DNA of 64,000 nt from the IMG/VR virus record IMGVR_UViG_3300025117_000032; one strand, given 5' to 3'. This document shows, one piece after another, positions 9,205 to 20,186 of this stretch. Source of the DNA: a virus. The translations under genes were made by a program, and so were the position numbers. Positions within the stretch are counted from its first letter, which is position 1, and every line of letters begins with the position of its first letter. The notes below the pieces were generated by a model. That model was given only the letters and a program-made list of their open reading frames with translations. It was not told the origin of the DNA and searched no databases.

Positions 9205-11472
9205 TTATGATTCACTAAATTCGGCACCTGAGGCCAAAATATTGAAATTGACCAAGATAGCTTCTGCTGTCTTGGTTGGCTTCACATAAATTTGCCCAAC
9301 CATTTGATTTCTGTCAATCATGTCTGGGGTATTGGTTGTCTCATCCATGATAACACGGAAGTCATACAATCCCCTGTTGATCTTCACAATATCCATGATT
9401 GGTTGGACCATGCCCTTGAAACGATTCCAAGTATTCACATCATTCTGTTCGAACACAAGATACTTGCTTGCGCCAGCGATAACTTTTTCAATGTAAAGCA
9501 TCATCCTACGAACATTGATTCTATCCAATGCCGTTGGTCTGGTTTGCAAGGTCTTTTGTCCCCAAATTGTGATACCTTGTCCTGGGAAGGTAGCGATAGG
9601 GTTGATCTTTGCGTTATACAAGGTCTCCCTGTCTGCTGCCGTCAATCTGTATTGTGCCCTGATAACGTCTGTCAACAGACCACGATTCATACCGGCAGGG
9701 GCATACCATGGGAATGCAGCACTATCCGTATAGGCCAAAGCTTCCAAAGCCTGTGGTGTAGGTGGAATGTACACATCTTGCGAATTGTCGCTATCATAGA
9801 TTTTGACATAAGGCCAGTAGGTACAAGCATAGCTGCTATCCGGCAAGGTTACTGCCGCAGCTTGAGAGGAAGAAGTCTTTCCAGAAGGCATATCTCCAAT
9901 GTACAAACAGTCTGCCCTTTCTTCTGCAAGCTCTTGAGCATAGGTTCCGATTGAACAAGTAAGATCTACACCAGGAACAGCCAATAGATTTATATCATAC
10001 TCTTCTGGATTACGAAGGGTATCCAAGGCGGCATCCCATTGTGTGATTTGTGAAGCGGTTGGATCGTTTGTCAATAGATCCCTAGTTGCGGCACTATACA
10101 CCCAGCCATCTCTACCACCAAAAACAGGCACCAAGAACTTAGCGTGTGTTGTGGCATAAGAAGTTATGGCAGATGGACCAGTAGCATACAATGTAGTATT
10201 AGCTCCACTGTTTAGGTGGAAACCTTTCCTTGCCTGCCCACCCAAATCTTTATCCCAGGCACTACCATTTCCAATCATAAGAAGATCTGGGTCTGTGTTT
10301 ACATAATCTAATCCAAGGTACTGTCTGCTAATTGAGGTTGTGGTTGCATAAGCAGTTGTGCAAGAATACTGTGGAAATACGGCGCTCCCAGCAAAACTAG
10401 CAAAAGTTGTCGCAGATGGAATAGTTGTACCATTCCAACCGTAGGGTACTAACCCTGTGTGATCCCCACTTTCCGCTTCAATATAGATGTAACCAGAAAC
10501 CAATTTGAAGTTTCCTGTTTCATCTCTGCTGTCTCCAATTTGTTTCAAGATGTAATCATCGCTAGTTGGATCCATGGTACACTTAGCAAACCTCTCCAAT
10601 ACAATTTGACTTGCATTGGTATCAGCATAATCTCTAACCACAATATCAAAGGTTGTGTTAGCAGTATTGATGTTCTCTATCCCAATTTTGATTATAGAGT
10701 TTGCATCAATACCATCACTGATTGTATGAACAGTAAACAACCCTGTTCCAGCGTTTGTTGTATCCGGTACGTTCGCAACAATCAATGGTGAACTTGCTTT
10801 ACTGTATCCTGTAATATTCAAAGCCGTATCAGAAATTTGAACAGAGGCACCTGTCCACGCTGAATAAGTTGGCATCGCTGCTGTGGATCCTGTCAAGGTT
10901 AATCCTCTAGCAATTGTCAATGGGAAAATATGTTGCAAAGCCATAGCATTTGCGCTGGCAGCAACAGTTGTTCCTCTTGGGAATAGGGTTCCAATGTAGT
11001 CGGCAGCATTTGTATCATACAGGTTAACGCTTCCAGTATAAATTGTGTCTGCTGTCATTCTGAAACTTTGAATTGAAGTCTTTCCACTCTCAATCTTCAC
11101 AGTGTTTGCAACAGTCAGACCATCACATAGTAGGGTAGCTGCAACAAGCTTTTCCGAAGTTCCTTGGACAACAAATGTCAATAGCTCTGTCCCAGATGGT
11201 CTAAGCGCATCATTACCAAGCACCCTAACCACATAGGCAGAGTTAGCATACTTGAAATAACTCTTTGCCGCATATCCAACAAGTTTGTTTGGATCCATGT
11301 TGCCAAATTTTTCTCTAAACTCACTCATATTTTTAACTAGGGTTGGCAAAAATGCTGGACCCTTCTTGGTTTCTCCAACCAATGCCAGTGATGAGTTTCC
11401 CACACTAGAAACGTAGTATGAGAAATCTCTCTCCCTAACGTAGACCCCCGGCGAAACGAATACCTCACTCAT
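9205..11472 (-). CDS. Tail sheath protein, T4 gp18-like
   Basis: FVSPGVYVRERD, GPAF.P, PWYAPAGMNRG, WGQKTLQ…ALDRINVRR, KPTKTAE. Confidence 0.95.
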   Translation of the reverse strand: MSEVFVSPGVYVRERDFSYYVSSVGNSSLALVGETKKGPAFLPTLVKNMSEFREKFGNMDPNKLVGYAAKSYFKYANSAYVVRVLGNDALRPSGTELLTFVVQGTSEKLVAATLLCDGLTVANTVKIESGKTSIQSFRMTADTIYTGSVNLYDTNAADYIGTLFPRGTTVAASANAMALQHIFPLTIARGLTLTGSTAAMPTYSAWTGASVQISDTALNITGYSKASSPLIVANVPDTTNAGTGLFTVHTISDGIDANSIIKIGIENINTANTTFDIVVRDYADTNASQIVLERFAKCTMDPTSDDYILKQIGDSRDETGNFKLVSGYIYIEAESGDHTGLVPYGWNGTTIPSATTFASFAGSAVFPQYSCTTAYATTTSISRQYLGLDYVNTDPDLLMIGNGSAWDKDLGGQARKGFHLNSGANTTLYATGPSAITSYATTHAKFLVPVFGGRDGWVYSAATRDLLTNDPTASQITQWDAALDTLRNPEEYDINLLAVPGVDLTCSIGTYAQELAEERADCLYIGDMPSGKTSSSQAAAVTLPDSSYACTYWPYVKIYDSDNSQDVYIPPTPQALEALAYTDSAAFPWYAPAGMNRGLLTDVIRAQYRLTAADRETLYNAKINPIATFPGQGITIWGQKTLQTRPTALDRINVRRMMLYIEKVIAGASKYLVFEQNDVNTWNRFKGMVQPIMDIVKINRGLYDFRVIMDETTNTPDMIDRNQMVGQIYVKPTKTAEAILVNFNILASGAEFSES

Positions 11473-11489
11473 GATTTACCTCTCTTTTA

Positions 11490-12215
11490 TTAGACATCTT
11501 CTCTGATATCAACCAAAATGTTACTGATTCCAATCTTCTCTTCGAATTCTTTTTCGTCGATCAGATAACCCTTTACCTTTATCGAATACAACGTATGTAT
11601 AACCCTTTCTTCTTGTATGTCCTCTGCATTTGACTCATCCGAGATGCTTTCAATTGTCATGGGCATATAATGCTTGTCAATATCTAAATATGCTTGGAGA
11701 CTTGCGAAATGCCTTAGTAGGATTTCATTAATCGTATTTATGTCCTTTATGTAATGGGTTAATATCCTCACTTGATACTCCAAGTCAACCCTTATTGGTG
11801 CCGGAACCTTGTATAGCTTATAGGTTGGTCCTGCTGGGGTGTAAAAGGGAACCCTGTATGTTGTATATTTCATGTTTGGTATCCTAGCCTTGATTGGATC
11901 TTGCCCAGGGTTGGTGTTGGATCTTCGCATGGTTATGTATGGATAGGTAACATTTCTGTCGTTATCCATTGCCTTCCAACGCTTCACAAACTCTGCCCAT
12001 TTTTCTGTTGTCAGAACGTGAACAGGAATTTTAACCCCATCTATTTCCAGGTCATTTGTGGTGAACCAAGAATAAACTGATTTATCAATATCTTCTAAAG
12101 ATATGCTTCTAGGAAAGAAAGTCTTTTGATCTTTCAATGGATTCTTTTGCATCCACTCCTTTTCCTCTATTTGAGATAGCTGCTTACCACTTGGGATTCT
12201 CTTATCGTAGGTCAT
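11490..12215 (-). CDS. Tail terminator/sheath stabiliser, gp15-like
   Basis: Position between neck and sheath; EKW…YP.ITM.R…P..VDL.Y.V.I.T pattern. Confidence 0.6.
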   Translation of the reverse strand: MTYDKRIPSGKQLSQIEEKEWMQKNPLKDQKTFFPRSISLEDIDKSVYSWFTTNDLEIDGVKIPVHVLTTEKWAEFVKRWKAMDNDRNVTYPYITMRRSNTNPGQDPIKARIPNMKYTTYRVPFYTPAGPTYKLYKVPAPIRVDLEYQVRILTHYIKDINTINEILLRHFASLQAYLDIDKHYMPMTIESISDESNAEDIQEERVIHTLYSIKVKGYLIDEKEFEEKIGISNILVDIREDV

Positions 12216-12706
12216 TCCTGGTATCCTTGTTCTGTTGCCGATCCAGCAAATATGTCTTCCAAGACAACCTTAGCTAAAATCTCTTGGAAATAGTTCCTAT
12301 CACCTGCAAATTTTCTTCTCATATTATCCTTGTTTGGACTGTTATCATATACCTCATACACCTTACCCTGAAACCCTATGAAATTTCCCACAGAAATCGC
12401 CACGTTCAATTCAGACAAGTGTTGCAAGTACACCCAAGCCTGCATATCCCCCTTGCCCATTCTTCTTGCCCCACCCTCTTCAACAACGTCAGAATCAGTT
12501 ATGGATATCCTAGCCTTGACATCAACTGCTGGTAGCCAAACCTTACGCTTCGCCTCCCCATAGAAGTTTGTTTCTGTATTGTTTGGGTCTGGTCTATACA
12601 GAGTAAAATGCTGGGTGATAAGAGTTTCAACCAACTCCCTACCAAGATTGTTGAATAGAGTATTTTCAGCTTCACCAAACCACAATGACATTCCTGAATA
12701 AGCCAC
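12212..12706 (-). CDS. Neck/head-closure protein, gp14-like
   Basis: LGRELVE…LYR…NFYGEAK.K…GNFI…YEV; synteny. Confidence 0.6.
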   Translation of the reverse strand: MAYSGMSLWFGEAENTLFNNLGRELVETLITQHFTLYRPDPNNTETNFYGEAKRKVWLPAVDVKARISITDSDVVEEGGARRMGKGDMQAWVYLQHLSELNVAISVGNFIGFQGKVYEVYDNSPNKDNMRRKFAGDRNYFQEILAKVVLEDIFAGSATEQGYQE

Positions 12707-12712
12707 TAAAAT

Positions 12713-13003
12713 TTACCCCTTGTGTTTATTATCTGCCCTGTTTGAGCTTCTACTTCTAACCCTCAAGTTCGACTTGGAGTTTGAACCACCACTCTTAATC
12801 TTTCTCTTGTGGTCAACATCTTTACCGTCACCTTTGCTAACCCTACCATCTGCCTCAAGAGTTCTTCTTGCTGCATTCCTTTGGGCACGATTTTTCTTCT
12901 GTTTACTAGACCCATGGTAATCGTTGTATTCCTTTTTGTAGTCCCTCTTTTTTTCTTCCATCAATATCTCTTTGATGAGGGCTTTCAGTTCACTTTTGTT
13001 CAC
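12713..13003 (-). CDS. Small basic HNH-like protein with leader
   Basis: GTG start after GGAG; VNKSELKALIKEILMEE; RDYKKEY…KDVDHK…GGSNSKSNLRV…NR. Confidence 0.65.
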   Translation of the reverse strand: MNKSELKALIKEILMEEKKRDYKKEYNDYHGSSKQKKNRAQRNAARRTLEADGRVSKGDGKDVDHKRKIKSGGSNSKSNLRVRSRSSNRADNKHKG

Positions 13004-13017
13004 TATTTGTCTCCTTA

Positions 13018-14109
13018 TCAAAACAAATATATCTTGTTGGGCGTGAAGGCTAGGGTTTTGTTTATGTTCTCTGCTGCCATAGCATCCTCTTCAAGTAGCT
13101 TCCTTGTACTTAGTTCCTGCAACTCATTAAGCAAGTATTCCTTAAGCTCTCTCTTTTCCTCTTGCCCTTCTGTTAACAACCTTTCCCCGTCAAGGGTAAC
13201 TTCCGCATCTGGTATAGGTAGGGTTGAAAACTTGTTCCTTATCCTACCAAGAATTTCCTTGCATGTGGCAAAGGCAAACTGCTTGACCCATCTTTGTGAA
13301 GTTGAGTTGAAAGCACTATAGGGAATCTCATCAACCCGTATGGTTCCTGGGTTGTTCACATACTCCCCCGCACTTTGGGCAGAGTACAAATTCAGTTCAT
13401 CAATCCTCTTGTAGAAATACCAGACATTTATTCCATCTTGTGACTCTTGGGGGATTGGATAAATGTGAACAACATTCCTTGTCTTACCTGTATATCCAGC
13501 CCTCGTTGCGTCTGCTTGTCCAGGGAATATCTTGTATGTATAGTCCCCCTTGTATATCTTCCATCTCATCTCTGTAGCTTGCGCTAACTGGATTGAGTAA
13601 TACACCGGAACAATGTATTGATAAGAGTATCCCATGTACCCCCAACCAAACTCAAAGTTTACCCACGCTGGGTTGTTGTTTGGATCTGCTAGGTATCTCG
13701 TTATGGCTGCTGGCTCTTGCCACATGACTTCATTAATGTTTATGTCATCCGGTAAACCATACGCTTGCGTTCCATTCGATAGGGTAAAGGCAGACTTGTA
13801 TATCGGCACAGTTCCCCCAACATTTGCCTGTTCAGAATATGCTTCCGAGAATGACTTGGCAAACTCAAAATTCTTGGCAACCCATCTTTGGGTGAAGTCT
13901 GTTGCACTAGGTAAACCAAATGCTCCTGCAATATTGTTTCTGATTGCCCATTGGTTTATGTAGTTGCTGTACTCCTGAATCGAATTGTTGAAAGCATGGG
14001 TGTACTGGTTTGCAGACAGTTCAACATTGACAACTGGCGCACCGAACATTGCTTCAACATAATCAGTGAATCCAGTTACCTCTATACTTGTTGCACTATA
14101 GTTAGCCAA
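13018..14109 (-). CDS. Neck protein, gp13-like
   Basis: GAPVVNVEL…WVKQFAFATCKEILGRIRNKF..LPIP…VTLDG. Confidence 0.8.
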   Translation of the reverse strand: MANYSATSIEVTGFTDYVEAMFGAPVVNVELSANQYTHAFNNSIQEYSNYINQWAIRNNIAGAFGLPSATDFTQRWVAKNFEFAKSFSEAYSEQANVGGTVPIYKSAFTLSNGTQAYGLPDDININEVMWQEPAAITRYLADPNNNPAWVNFEFGWGYMGYSYQYIVPVYYSIQLAQATEMRWKIYKGDYTYKIFPGQADATRAGYTGKTRNVVHIYPIPQESQDGINVWYFYKRIDELNLYSAQSAGEYVNNPGTIRVDEIPYSAFNSTSQRWVKQFAFATCKEILGRIRNKFSTLPIPDAEVTLDGERLLTEGQEEKRELKEYLLNELQELSTRKLLEEDAMAAENINKTLAFTPNKIYLF

Positions 14110-14120
14110 AGTATTTTCTC

Positions 14121-16001
14121 CTATCCATTTATCACTTCATAATCACTTGGGAAAGTGACTCTTATCAAACCATACTTTTTGTTATTCACAACTTTCTTTG
14201 CTGCCCTATTCATTATACCAAATTTCCAATCATACAAGGTGCTTGGATCGACAACTTTTGGTGTTGGTTGAAGGGCAATGTATGGTGCATATATGTATCC
14301 GCAATCGTAATCATTATCCCCCAAATATCCAATGAGGCAAATATCATCTGGCAACATCGGATCTATGTAAAGATCATATTTGCAATTCACCCTCCCAGCA
14401 TAACTTATCATATAATCATCGTGTGGGTTATAATCCTTTGAGGTTGGCACAAAGTCAATGTTGTCTCTTAGAACACTCCCAACCTTTGCCGAGCAAACAA
14501 TCCAATTAGCCTCGTGGTTGAAGTTTGCGCGACCTATCATAGCACTTATTTTGTTGGCTTCTATGAGCAAAGTTTGATTCCATTCCTCTTGGGTTACTCT
14601 AGCACTTGAGGCTTCAACTGGAATAACAGTTCCATCAATCCTAGTTACGGCAGACCTTGGGCTATAGTGCCAACTGGTTTGATAAGGTGCAATGTTTATC
14701 AGGTCCGATATTACTTGTCTGTCTATCTCCAAAGCTATCTCTGTTGCCATGAGGTTAGCCACTTCATCAACCATAGAGATACCAAAGAACGATTTCAAAT
14801 TTTGGTCTAGCTCTTCTGTCCAACTTGCCTTGAGCTTTCTTGTGTTACAAGAGATTGAGGTTCCGGTTATGTTCAATTGGACTTGTTGCATTCCAGACAC
14901 AGCTTCATTAGAAGCATATGTATTGTATCTTGTGTAGGCTGTCCGATTGCTTCCAGACAACCATGTTTCATCTGTTGTTGCTATTAAACTCAATCGGTTG
15001 TTTGCAAACAAATTTTGACCCCATGTTTGTGGAGATACGGCATATGGTAAAGCTTCATAACCTAACAATTCTAATTCAGTGACAAGAGTTCCAATTGCCC
15101 CACTGAAATTGAATCTAAAGTAAGTGTTCCCCGTTGATTCTGTTGCCAAGTTGTACCTGTATGTTGTGTTTGCAACAAGAGATAATCCAGAATGATAATC
15201 TAGTTGTGACCAAGATGTTGAGTCTGTTGAACCACACAACTCTATTAATGTTGGTGGCAAAGCTAAACTACTTTTAAGTGTGTATGATGTAATATTTGGG
15301 GTGAGAGAAGTAAATTGAAACTGACACCATCCAGTTTGGTTTGCCGTGCTTACAATAAGATAGTTGGTTCCCGCGTCCACGTTATCATCGAATGTCATCC
15401 CAGTAAACAGACTTGTTGGGGAGGATGTTACAATTCCATTTCGTCCACTCAATCCAGTTTGGTCATACTCCAGGAACACTTGAAGTGAAGAAAGACTACC
15501 CACCCCACCCGAATAGGGAACAGTAAAAGAAGCACCTGACAAATATTGTGCTGCCGTTATGGCAGTCATAGCCCCATTTACGGAAGTTGCCTCACCAAGA
15601 GAGATATCATAATTTGAATGACCGCTTCTTGCTTCAATTAAAGAAATGTAGGCAGAGCTTCCCTTTGCTGTTTCTATTTTTGGATCATAGTAAAACACCA
15701 TAGCTGTTGGATACAGTATCGGTTGGATTGAAACAAGCTTCCTAGAAATTCCTGTTGGTATGATTCTCCTAACGATTGGCATCATTGGAAATTGCGATTG
15801 AGTTCCACCATCTAAATCTCCACCAAGATCGGTGGTTGAGTTTACTTCATTCAAAAATCTTCTTTGGTTTTCCAATAGGATTGCAGACTTGCTATCCACT
15901 CCTGGAAATACTTTGTTCCATTCTGCTTGGATATCTTTGGAAACCCCTCTTAGGCTAGACAGTTCTGCTTTATACTTCTCACTGATACTAACTTCGATCA
16001 T
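14121..16001 (-). CDS. Major capsid paralogue (gp24-like vertex protein) with inserted discoidin/F5-8-like domain
   Basis: MPIVRRI…LVSIQP, TRKLKASWTEEL, EIDRQVI, GYIYAPYI; ~110 aa beta-rich insert GWCQFQF…ITSYTL…GSTD..SW…YFRFNF…ELELLG. Confidence 0.8.
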   Translation of the reverse strand: MIEVSISEKYKAELSSLRGVSKDIQAEWNKVFPGVDSKSAILLENQRRFLNEVNSTTDLGGDLDGGTQSQFPMMPIVRRIIPTGISRKLVSIQPILYPTAMVFYYDPKIETAKGSSAYISLIEARSGHSNYDISLGEATSVNGAMTAITAAQYLSGASFTVPYSGGVGSLSSLQVFLEYDQTGLSGRNGIVTSSPTSLFTGMTFDDNVDAGTNYLIVSTANQTGWCQFQFTSLTPNITSYTLKSSLALPPTLIELCGSTDSTSWSQLDYHSGLSLVANTTYRYNLATESTGNTYFRFNFSGAIGTLVTELELLGYEALPYAVSPQTWGQNLFANNRLSLIATTDETWLSGSNRTAYTRYNTYASNEAVSGMQQVQLNITGTSISCNTRKLKASWTEELDQNLKSFFGISMVDEVANLMATEIALEIDRQVISDLINIAPYQTSWHYSPRSAVTRIDGTVIPVEASSARVTQEEWNQTLLIEANKISAMIGRANFNHEANWIVCSAKVGSVLRDNIDFVPTSKDYNPHDDYMISYAGRVNCKYDLYIDPMLPDDICLIGYLGDNDYDCGYIYAPYIALQPTPKVVDPSTLYDWKFGIMNRAAKKVVNNKKYGLIRVTFPSDYEVING

Positions 16002-16064
16002 GTAAACTCCTTAAGATTGTTCATTGTACATCTTTAAATATTACAAGCAGGATACAAAAATTAA

Positions 16065-17378
16065 CTAAAATGACATTATGAATTTGGCAGATCCACAATT
16101 CCACACCTTCCAATACCCAAGTTCTTTCATTATTTCTGATTCAGATTTGTTTTTATCATACCCACTATCCACCAGCTTTGACTTTCTACACTGGATTCTA
16201 TGTTTCCTTACCATTTCTTTGCTGACATACCAATAATTTGGTGGAGAAATATGGGAAAGTGCGAACCCATTTTTTGCGTAAACATTATTTGCAGTATCGA
16301 AATTCCAATCCAAATCCATAAAGGTTGTTATCTCTTTTGGGTTTATTGATTTTATGAAATATTTTAGCATTTTTGAAAAGCCACCCACCACTCTTTTTTT
16401 AGAACAATATCTCAATATTTCAAATTTTCCTTCTTCTGGGTTGGAACCAAGAATCTTTCTTTGTTTTCCTATTGTTAAAACAGAAACAATTTCTCCATCG
16501 CATAGGAGTTTCACGCTGTATTCAAAACTTATATTTCCCTGGGTATGGTATTTTCCCACAAATTTCACAACCTCCTGTTTATTGCCAAACTTGACTACAC
16601 AATTTCTTGCATATATCTTGTCATTGTTGGGTATCATATTAAACAATCTTTTCATAATTGCTTCCCTTCTACTAACCCAAGCATCTTCGAATATGTGGAC
16701 TAATCTCACCCCATTTTCAGCACACAATTTTGATTTATTGAAGTGATATCCCTTATTTTTGCCAGCACTTTCTGAATGCCAATATATGCCATTGAATTCT
16801 ACCCCGATTTTATGGTCCGGTAAATATAAGTCTATTTCCTTTCTGGACAACCAATCTGGTTTGTACCTTTCAACAATATTATTAATACCACTACTTTCCA
16901 ATATTGATTTTATTTCGTGTTCATAAGAAGATTGGTGTGTTTTTCCATAACAATCTATCGAACAATACGTTACATTATATCTGTTATCTCTACTATTTTT
17001 TACATAGAATTCCTCTCCGCATTTTTTGCATATTTTCTTTATGGTATTTGATTTTGACTTAAGTTTATTTCCACAAGCTGGCGAACAACACTTCTGTGTT
17101 TTATGGTGTCTGGTTTTGAATTCATTTCCACAAATTTTACAACAAACTATCTTCATACAAGATTCATTGTTTGCTTTTCTGGCACATTTTGGTGAGCAAT
17201 ATTTTTGGTTTGATTTTCCTAAAAATGGTTTGTTACAAATTGTGCATATTTTCTCTTGTTTTATTTGTGTTGCCTTCACATTGTTTTTTGATAAACAAAC
17301 CTTTGAGCAAAATTTGCTTGTCTTTTTCTTTGTCTCAAAATCTATCCCACACATTTTACACCCGTGCTTGTATACCAT
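16065..17378 (-). CDS. Hef-like homing endonuclease with multiple Zn-ribbon repeats
   Basis: Four CxxC…CSxxC repeats, EIDLYLP…GVEFNGIYWHS, IYARNC, GGFSKML, PPNYWY, VWNCGS; start MVYKHG. Confidence 0.75.
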   Translation of the reverse strand: MVYKHGCKMCGIDFETKKKTSKFCSKVCLSKNNVKATQIKQEKICTICNKPFLGKSNQKYCSPKCARKANNESCMKIVCCKICGNEFKTRHHKTQKCCSPACGNKLKSKSNTIKKICKKCGEEFYVKNSRDNRYNVTYCSIDCYGKTHQSSYEHEIKSILESSGINNIVERYKPDWLSRKEIDLYLPDHKIGVEFNGIYWHSESAGKNKGYHFNKSKLCAENGVRLVHIFEDAWVSRREAIMKRLFNMIPNNDKIYARNCVVKFGNKQEVVKFVGKYHTQGNISFEYSVKLLCDGEIVSVLTIGKQRKILGSNPEEGKFEILRYCSKKRVVGGFSKMLKYFIKSINPKEITTFMDLDWNFDTANNVYAKNGFALSHISPPNYWYVSKEMVRKHRIQCRKSKLVDSGYDKNKSESEIMKELGYWKVWNCGSAKFIMSF

Positions 17379-17434
17379 AATTTTCGCCTTTCTGAACGAT
17401 ATTACACCATCAAGTATAATTATAGCACAAAGAC

Positions 17435-17464
17435 AAAAAAGAGGAAACAATTTCTTGTTTCCTC
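17435..17464 (-). terminator. Intrinsic terminator after major capsid gene
   Basis: GAGGAAACAA-GAAA-TTGTTTCCTC followed by T6. Confidence 0.8.
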
Positions 17465-17484
17465 TCTTAGCTAAAAACTACTGA

Positions 17485-19017
17485 TTAGAAGTTCGAAACA
17501 TTGGTGCTTGAACCATTAATCAAAGTGTAGCTTGTTGGGAAGATAACCCTAACCATACCGTAATACTTGTTGTTAACAACTTTCTTAGCGTATCTGGTCA
17601 TAATACCCTTCCTTGGTGTGAAGTCATCTGGATCCAGGACTACAGGAGTTAGCTGGAATGGAATGTATGGAGCATACACATATCCAGTATCCATGAAGTT
17701 GCTTCCCTTGTGCCCAATCAAACAAATTTGAGCAGGTAGGTAAGGATCCTTGTAAACGGTGTACCTTGAAGATAGGGTTCCCATCTTTTCGATACCCATG
17801 TTGTATTGCTCGGTGTCGGCTTCGGAAACGGCGTGGAATTTCTCGATGTCTTCCATAACCGATCCAACCTCAGTGGAGCAAACAATCCAGTTTGCACCAC
17901 CGCGCAACATTGCCTTGTGGATTTGGGCGCTAACCTTGTTAACCTGTGTCAACAGAGTTTGGTTCCATTCCTTTTGGGTAACATATGCGCTTGCAGGATC
18001 GCCAGGAATGGTTGTACCATCTGTCCTGGTTATCGAAGCTGTTCTATCGTAAGACCAGCTTGTTTGGTAAGGAGCAACACGGATCAAGTCACGAATGATT
18101 TCGCGGTCGATTTCTGCTGCAAGTTCCTCACTCAACAAAGCAGTCAATTCAGCTTCGGCGTCCAAGCTGTGGTATGCAGCCAAGTCCTGTGCCAATTCTG
18201 GGGTCCAGTGAGCTTTCATCTTTCTGCTGGTAACACTTACAGTTGTAGAAGTTACGATCAACTTCACTTCTGCCATGTTAGAGCTACCTTCTAAATCTCC
18301 ATACACTGTGTATGAAGTTCTAGCAGAGTTAGCTACGCAATCAACGTAGGCTACGTTAGTACCAGTATAACCGCTATCATTAACCTTAACCAAGATTTGG
18401 TTGTTAGCAAACAACCCAGCGGTCCAGGTTTGTGGATCAATAGCAAAGTGAGTAACACCTGTTACAGTTGCACCAATACCAGAGATAACTTCAATTTGCA
18501 ATGAAGCAAGAGATTCCTCGCTACCACTATAAGTTAAAGTTACATAGTTATCTCCACCAACATTTGCCCATGCACCATAGGTTGTGGCCCCTGTAGCAAA
18601 TGAATAGTTGTGCCCACCATTGTCATAGTGTGCATCATACACGCTTGCATAGGTTCCTCTGGCACCTGTAGTAACTGTCTCCACTTGATGATCAAGATAG
18701 AATAACAATCCACTAGGTAGGTTCAATGGTTGAACCGATACAATATCGTTTGCCAATAGGCGAGAGAAAACTCTACGCACCATTGGGAACACAATGATAT
18801 CAAACCCAGCTATGTTAGAAGTTGAGTTGTCCGCTTCCTTCAACAAAGCACCAGCTTGGTTTTCCAATAGTTGGGCCATGTTGGTTTTCTTTTGGGCTTC
18901 TAGTCCCTCAAGAAGACCTGTCTTTTCCCATCTATTAACAACCTTCATTCTTTGTTCTTTCAGTTGATTGGTTTGGATGTTCCCCACCAACCCTGATTTT
19001 AATAGTTTCATTCCCAT
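17485..19017 (-). CDS. Major capsid protein, T4 gp23-like
   Basis: W..TGLLEGL…LLENQ, FPMVRRVF…SVQPLNLPSGL.FY, RKMKAHWTPELAQDL, EIDREI, GYVYAPYIP, PRKGIMTRY. Confidence 0.97.
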   Translation of the reverse strand: MGMKLLKSGLVGNIQTNQLKEQRMKVVNRWEKTGLLEGLEAQKKTNMAQLLENQAGALLKEADNSTSNIAGFDIIVFPMVRRVFSRLLANDIVSVQPLNLPSGLLFYLDHQVETVTTGARGTYASVYDAHYDNGGHNYSFATGATTYGAWANVGGDNYVTLTYSGSEESLASLQIEVISGIGATVTGVTHFAIDPQTWTAGLFANNQILVKVNDSGYTGTNVAYVDCVANSARTSYTVYGDLEGSSNMAEVKLIVTSTTVSVTSRKMKAHWTPELAQDLAAYHSLDAEAELTALLSEELAAEIDREIIRDLIRVAPYQTSWSYDRTASITRTDGTTIPGDPASAYVTQKEWNQTLLTQVNKVSAQIHKAMLRGGANWIVCSTEVGSVMEDIEKFHAVSEADTEQYNMGIEKMGTLSSRYTVYKDPYLPAQICLIGHKGSNFMDTGYVYAPYIPFQLTPVVLDPDDFTPRKGIMTRYAKKVVNNKYYGMVRVIFPTSYTLINGSSTNVSNF

Positions 19018-19044
19018 AAATATTACTCCTTCAATTTCTTTTCG

Positions 19045-20172
19045 TTAACCTTTCAAACCAGACAGTTGACGCATTCTCTTCAACTCTTCTGATTCGTATA
19101 GCTTATCCTTCTTTGCTTCCTTTGCTTTCGAGGTAGTCTTAACTTCCTTGATTATGCTAGAGAAACTAGTTGACGGATCACTGTTTGCTGCTTCCTTGAT
19201 GATCTTTCCATAAAGAAGCTTTACTGTCTTCAAGCTCTTGCATCTGTCTAACCTTTCGGCTATCCTTTCCTTTTCCCTGTTGGTAAACATACCACTCATG
19301 TAAAGCTTATTCAGGTGAGCAAGCTTACTGTTGAAAAGGTTTGTCTCTCTCATTTGGGTAGTCAAAGATTCAATCAGCCTCTTAAGCTTCTTGTTTTCTC
19401 TTACTAGTTTCAACGTAGTCTTACTAATCTTTCTACCCTCTCCAAGATCCTTAAATTCATCATCCTCTTCATCTCCCATTTCTGAGTCTTCACTGTCAAG
19501 ATCGTCAACATCAATCTCGTCTTCATCATCCAAATCGATATCTATGTCTAGGTCTTCATCGTCTGCCTCACCTAGATCTTCTTCATCATCAAAGAGTTCA
19601 TCGGGCACTTCAAACTCTTCATCATCGTCTTTCAATTCATCTTCATCACCAAATTCTTCTTTGCGAAGTTTTTTGGCACTCCTCTTTTTTCCCTCTTGGG
19701 TGATGGGTTCTGGTTTTGCTGCGGAGGCTGTTGCTTCCCAACCATCTGCTGTTTGCTTAACAGTCAAATTTATTGGTTGAGCAGATTGATTTTTCTCTGG
19801 AACTGGATCGCCAGCTACATCGTCAACCTCATCCAGTTCTTCATCCTCATCGTCTTCATCATCGAAGTCGATATCAACATCATCATCCCCATCATCGTCA
19901 AGGTCAATCTTTTCATCTTCCTCTTTACGAACCTTTTTTCTTTCCTTGATTGGTTCCTCTGTATCAAAGGCAGCATCGGTATCTTCCCTACCAAGATCCT
20001 CTTCCTTACCAATATCATGTTCCGCTTCCTTCAATACATCCTTGAAAAAATCAGTTAGGTTAGGAGCAAAATTCTCAATGACAAGATTTTTTGCCGCTTC
20101 CAAGGAAGCTCTTTCTAGTTCTTCTGCCTCAAGCAGAGCATTCTTAATAACGTCTTTCTTTTGTTTCAACAT
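19045..20172 (-). CDS. Prohead core scaffold, gp22-like
   Basis: Very acidic coiled-coil upstream of gp23; ETNLFNSKL, RMRQLSGL C-terminus. Confidence 0.75.
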   Translation of the reverse strand: MLKQKKDVIKNALLEAEELERASLEAAKNLVIENFAPNLTDFFKDVLKEAEHDIGKEEDLGREDTDAAFDTEEPIKERKKVRKEEDEKIDLDDDGDDDVDIDFDDEDDEDEELDEVDDVAGDPVPEKNQSAQPINLTVKQTADGWEATASAAKPEPITQEGKKRSAKKLRKEEFGDEDELKDDDEEFEVPDELFDDEEDLGEADDEDLDIDIDLDDEDEIDVDDLDSEDSEMGDEEDDEFKDLGEGRKISKTTLKLVRENKKLKRLIESLTTQMRETNLFNSKLAHLNKLYMSGMFTNREKERIAERLDRCKSLKTVKLLYGKIIKEAANSDPSTSFSSIIKEVKTTSKAKEAKKDKLYESEELKRMRQLSGLKG

Positions 20173-20186
20173 AGTTCCGTTTCTCC

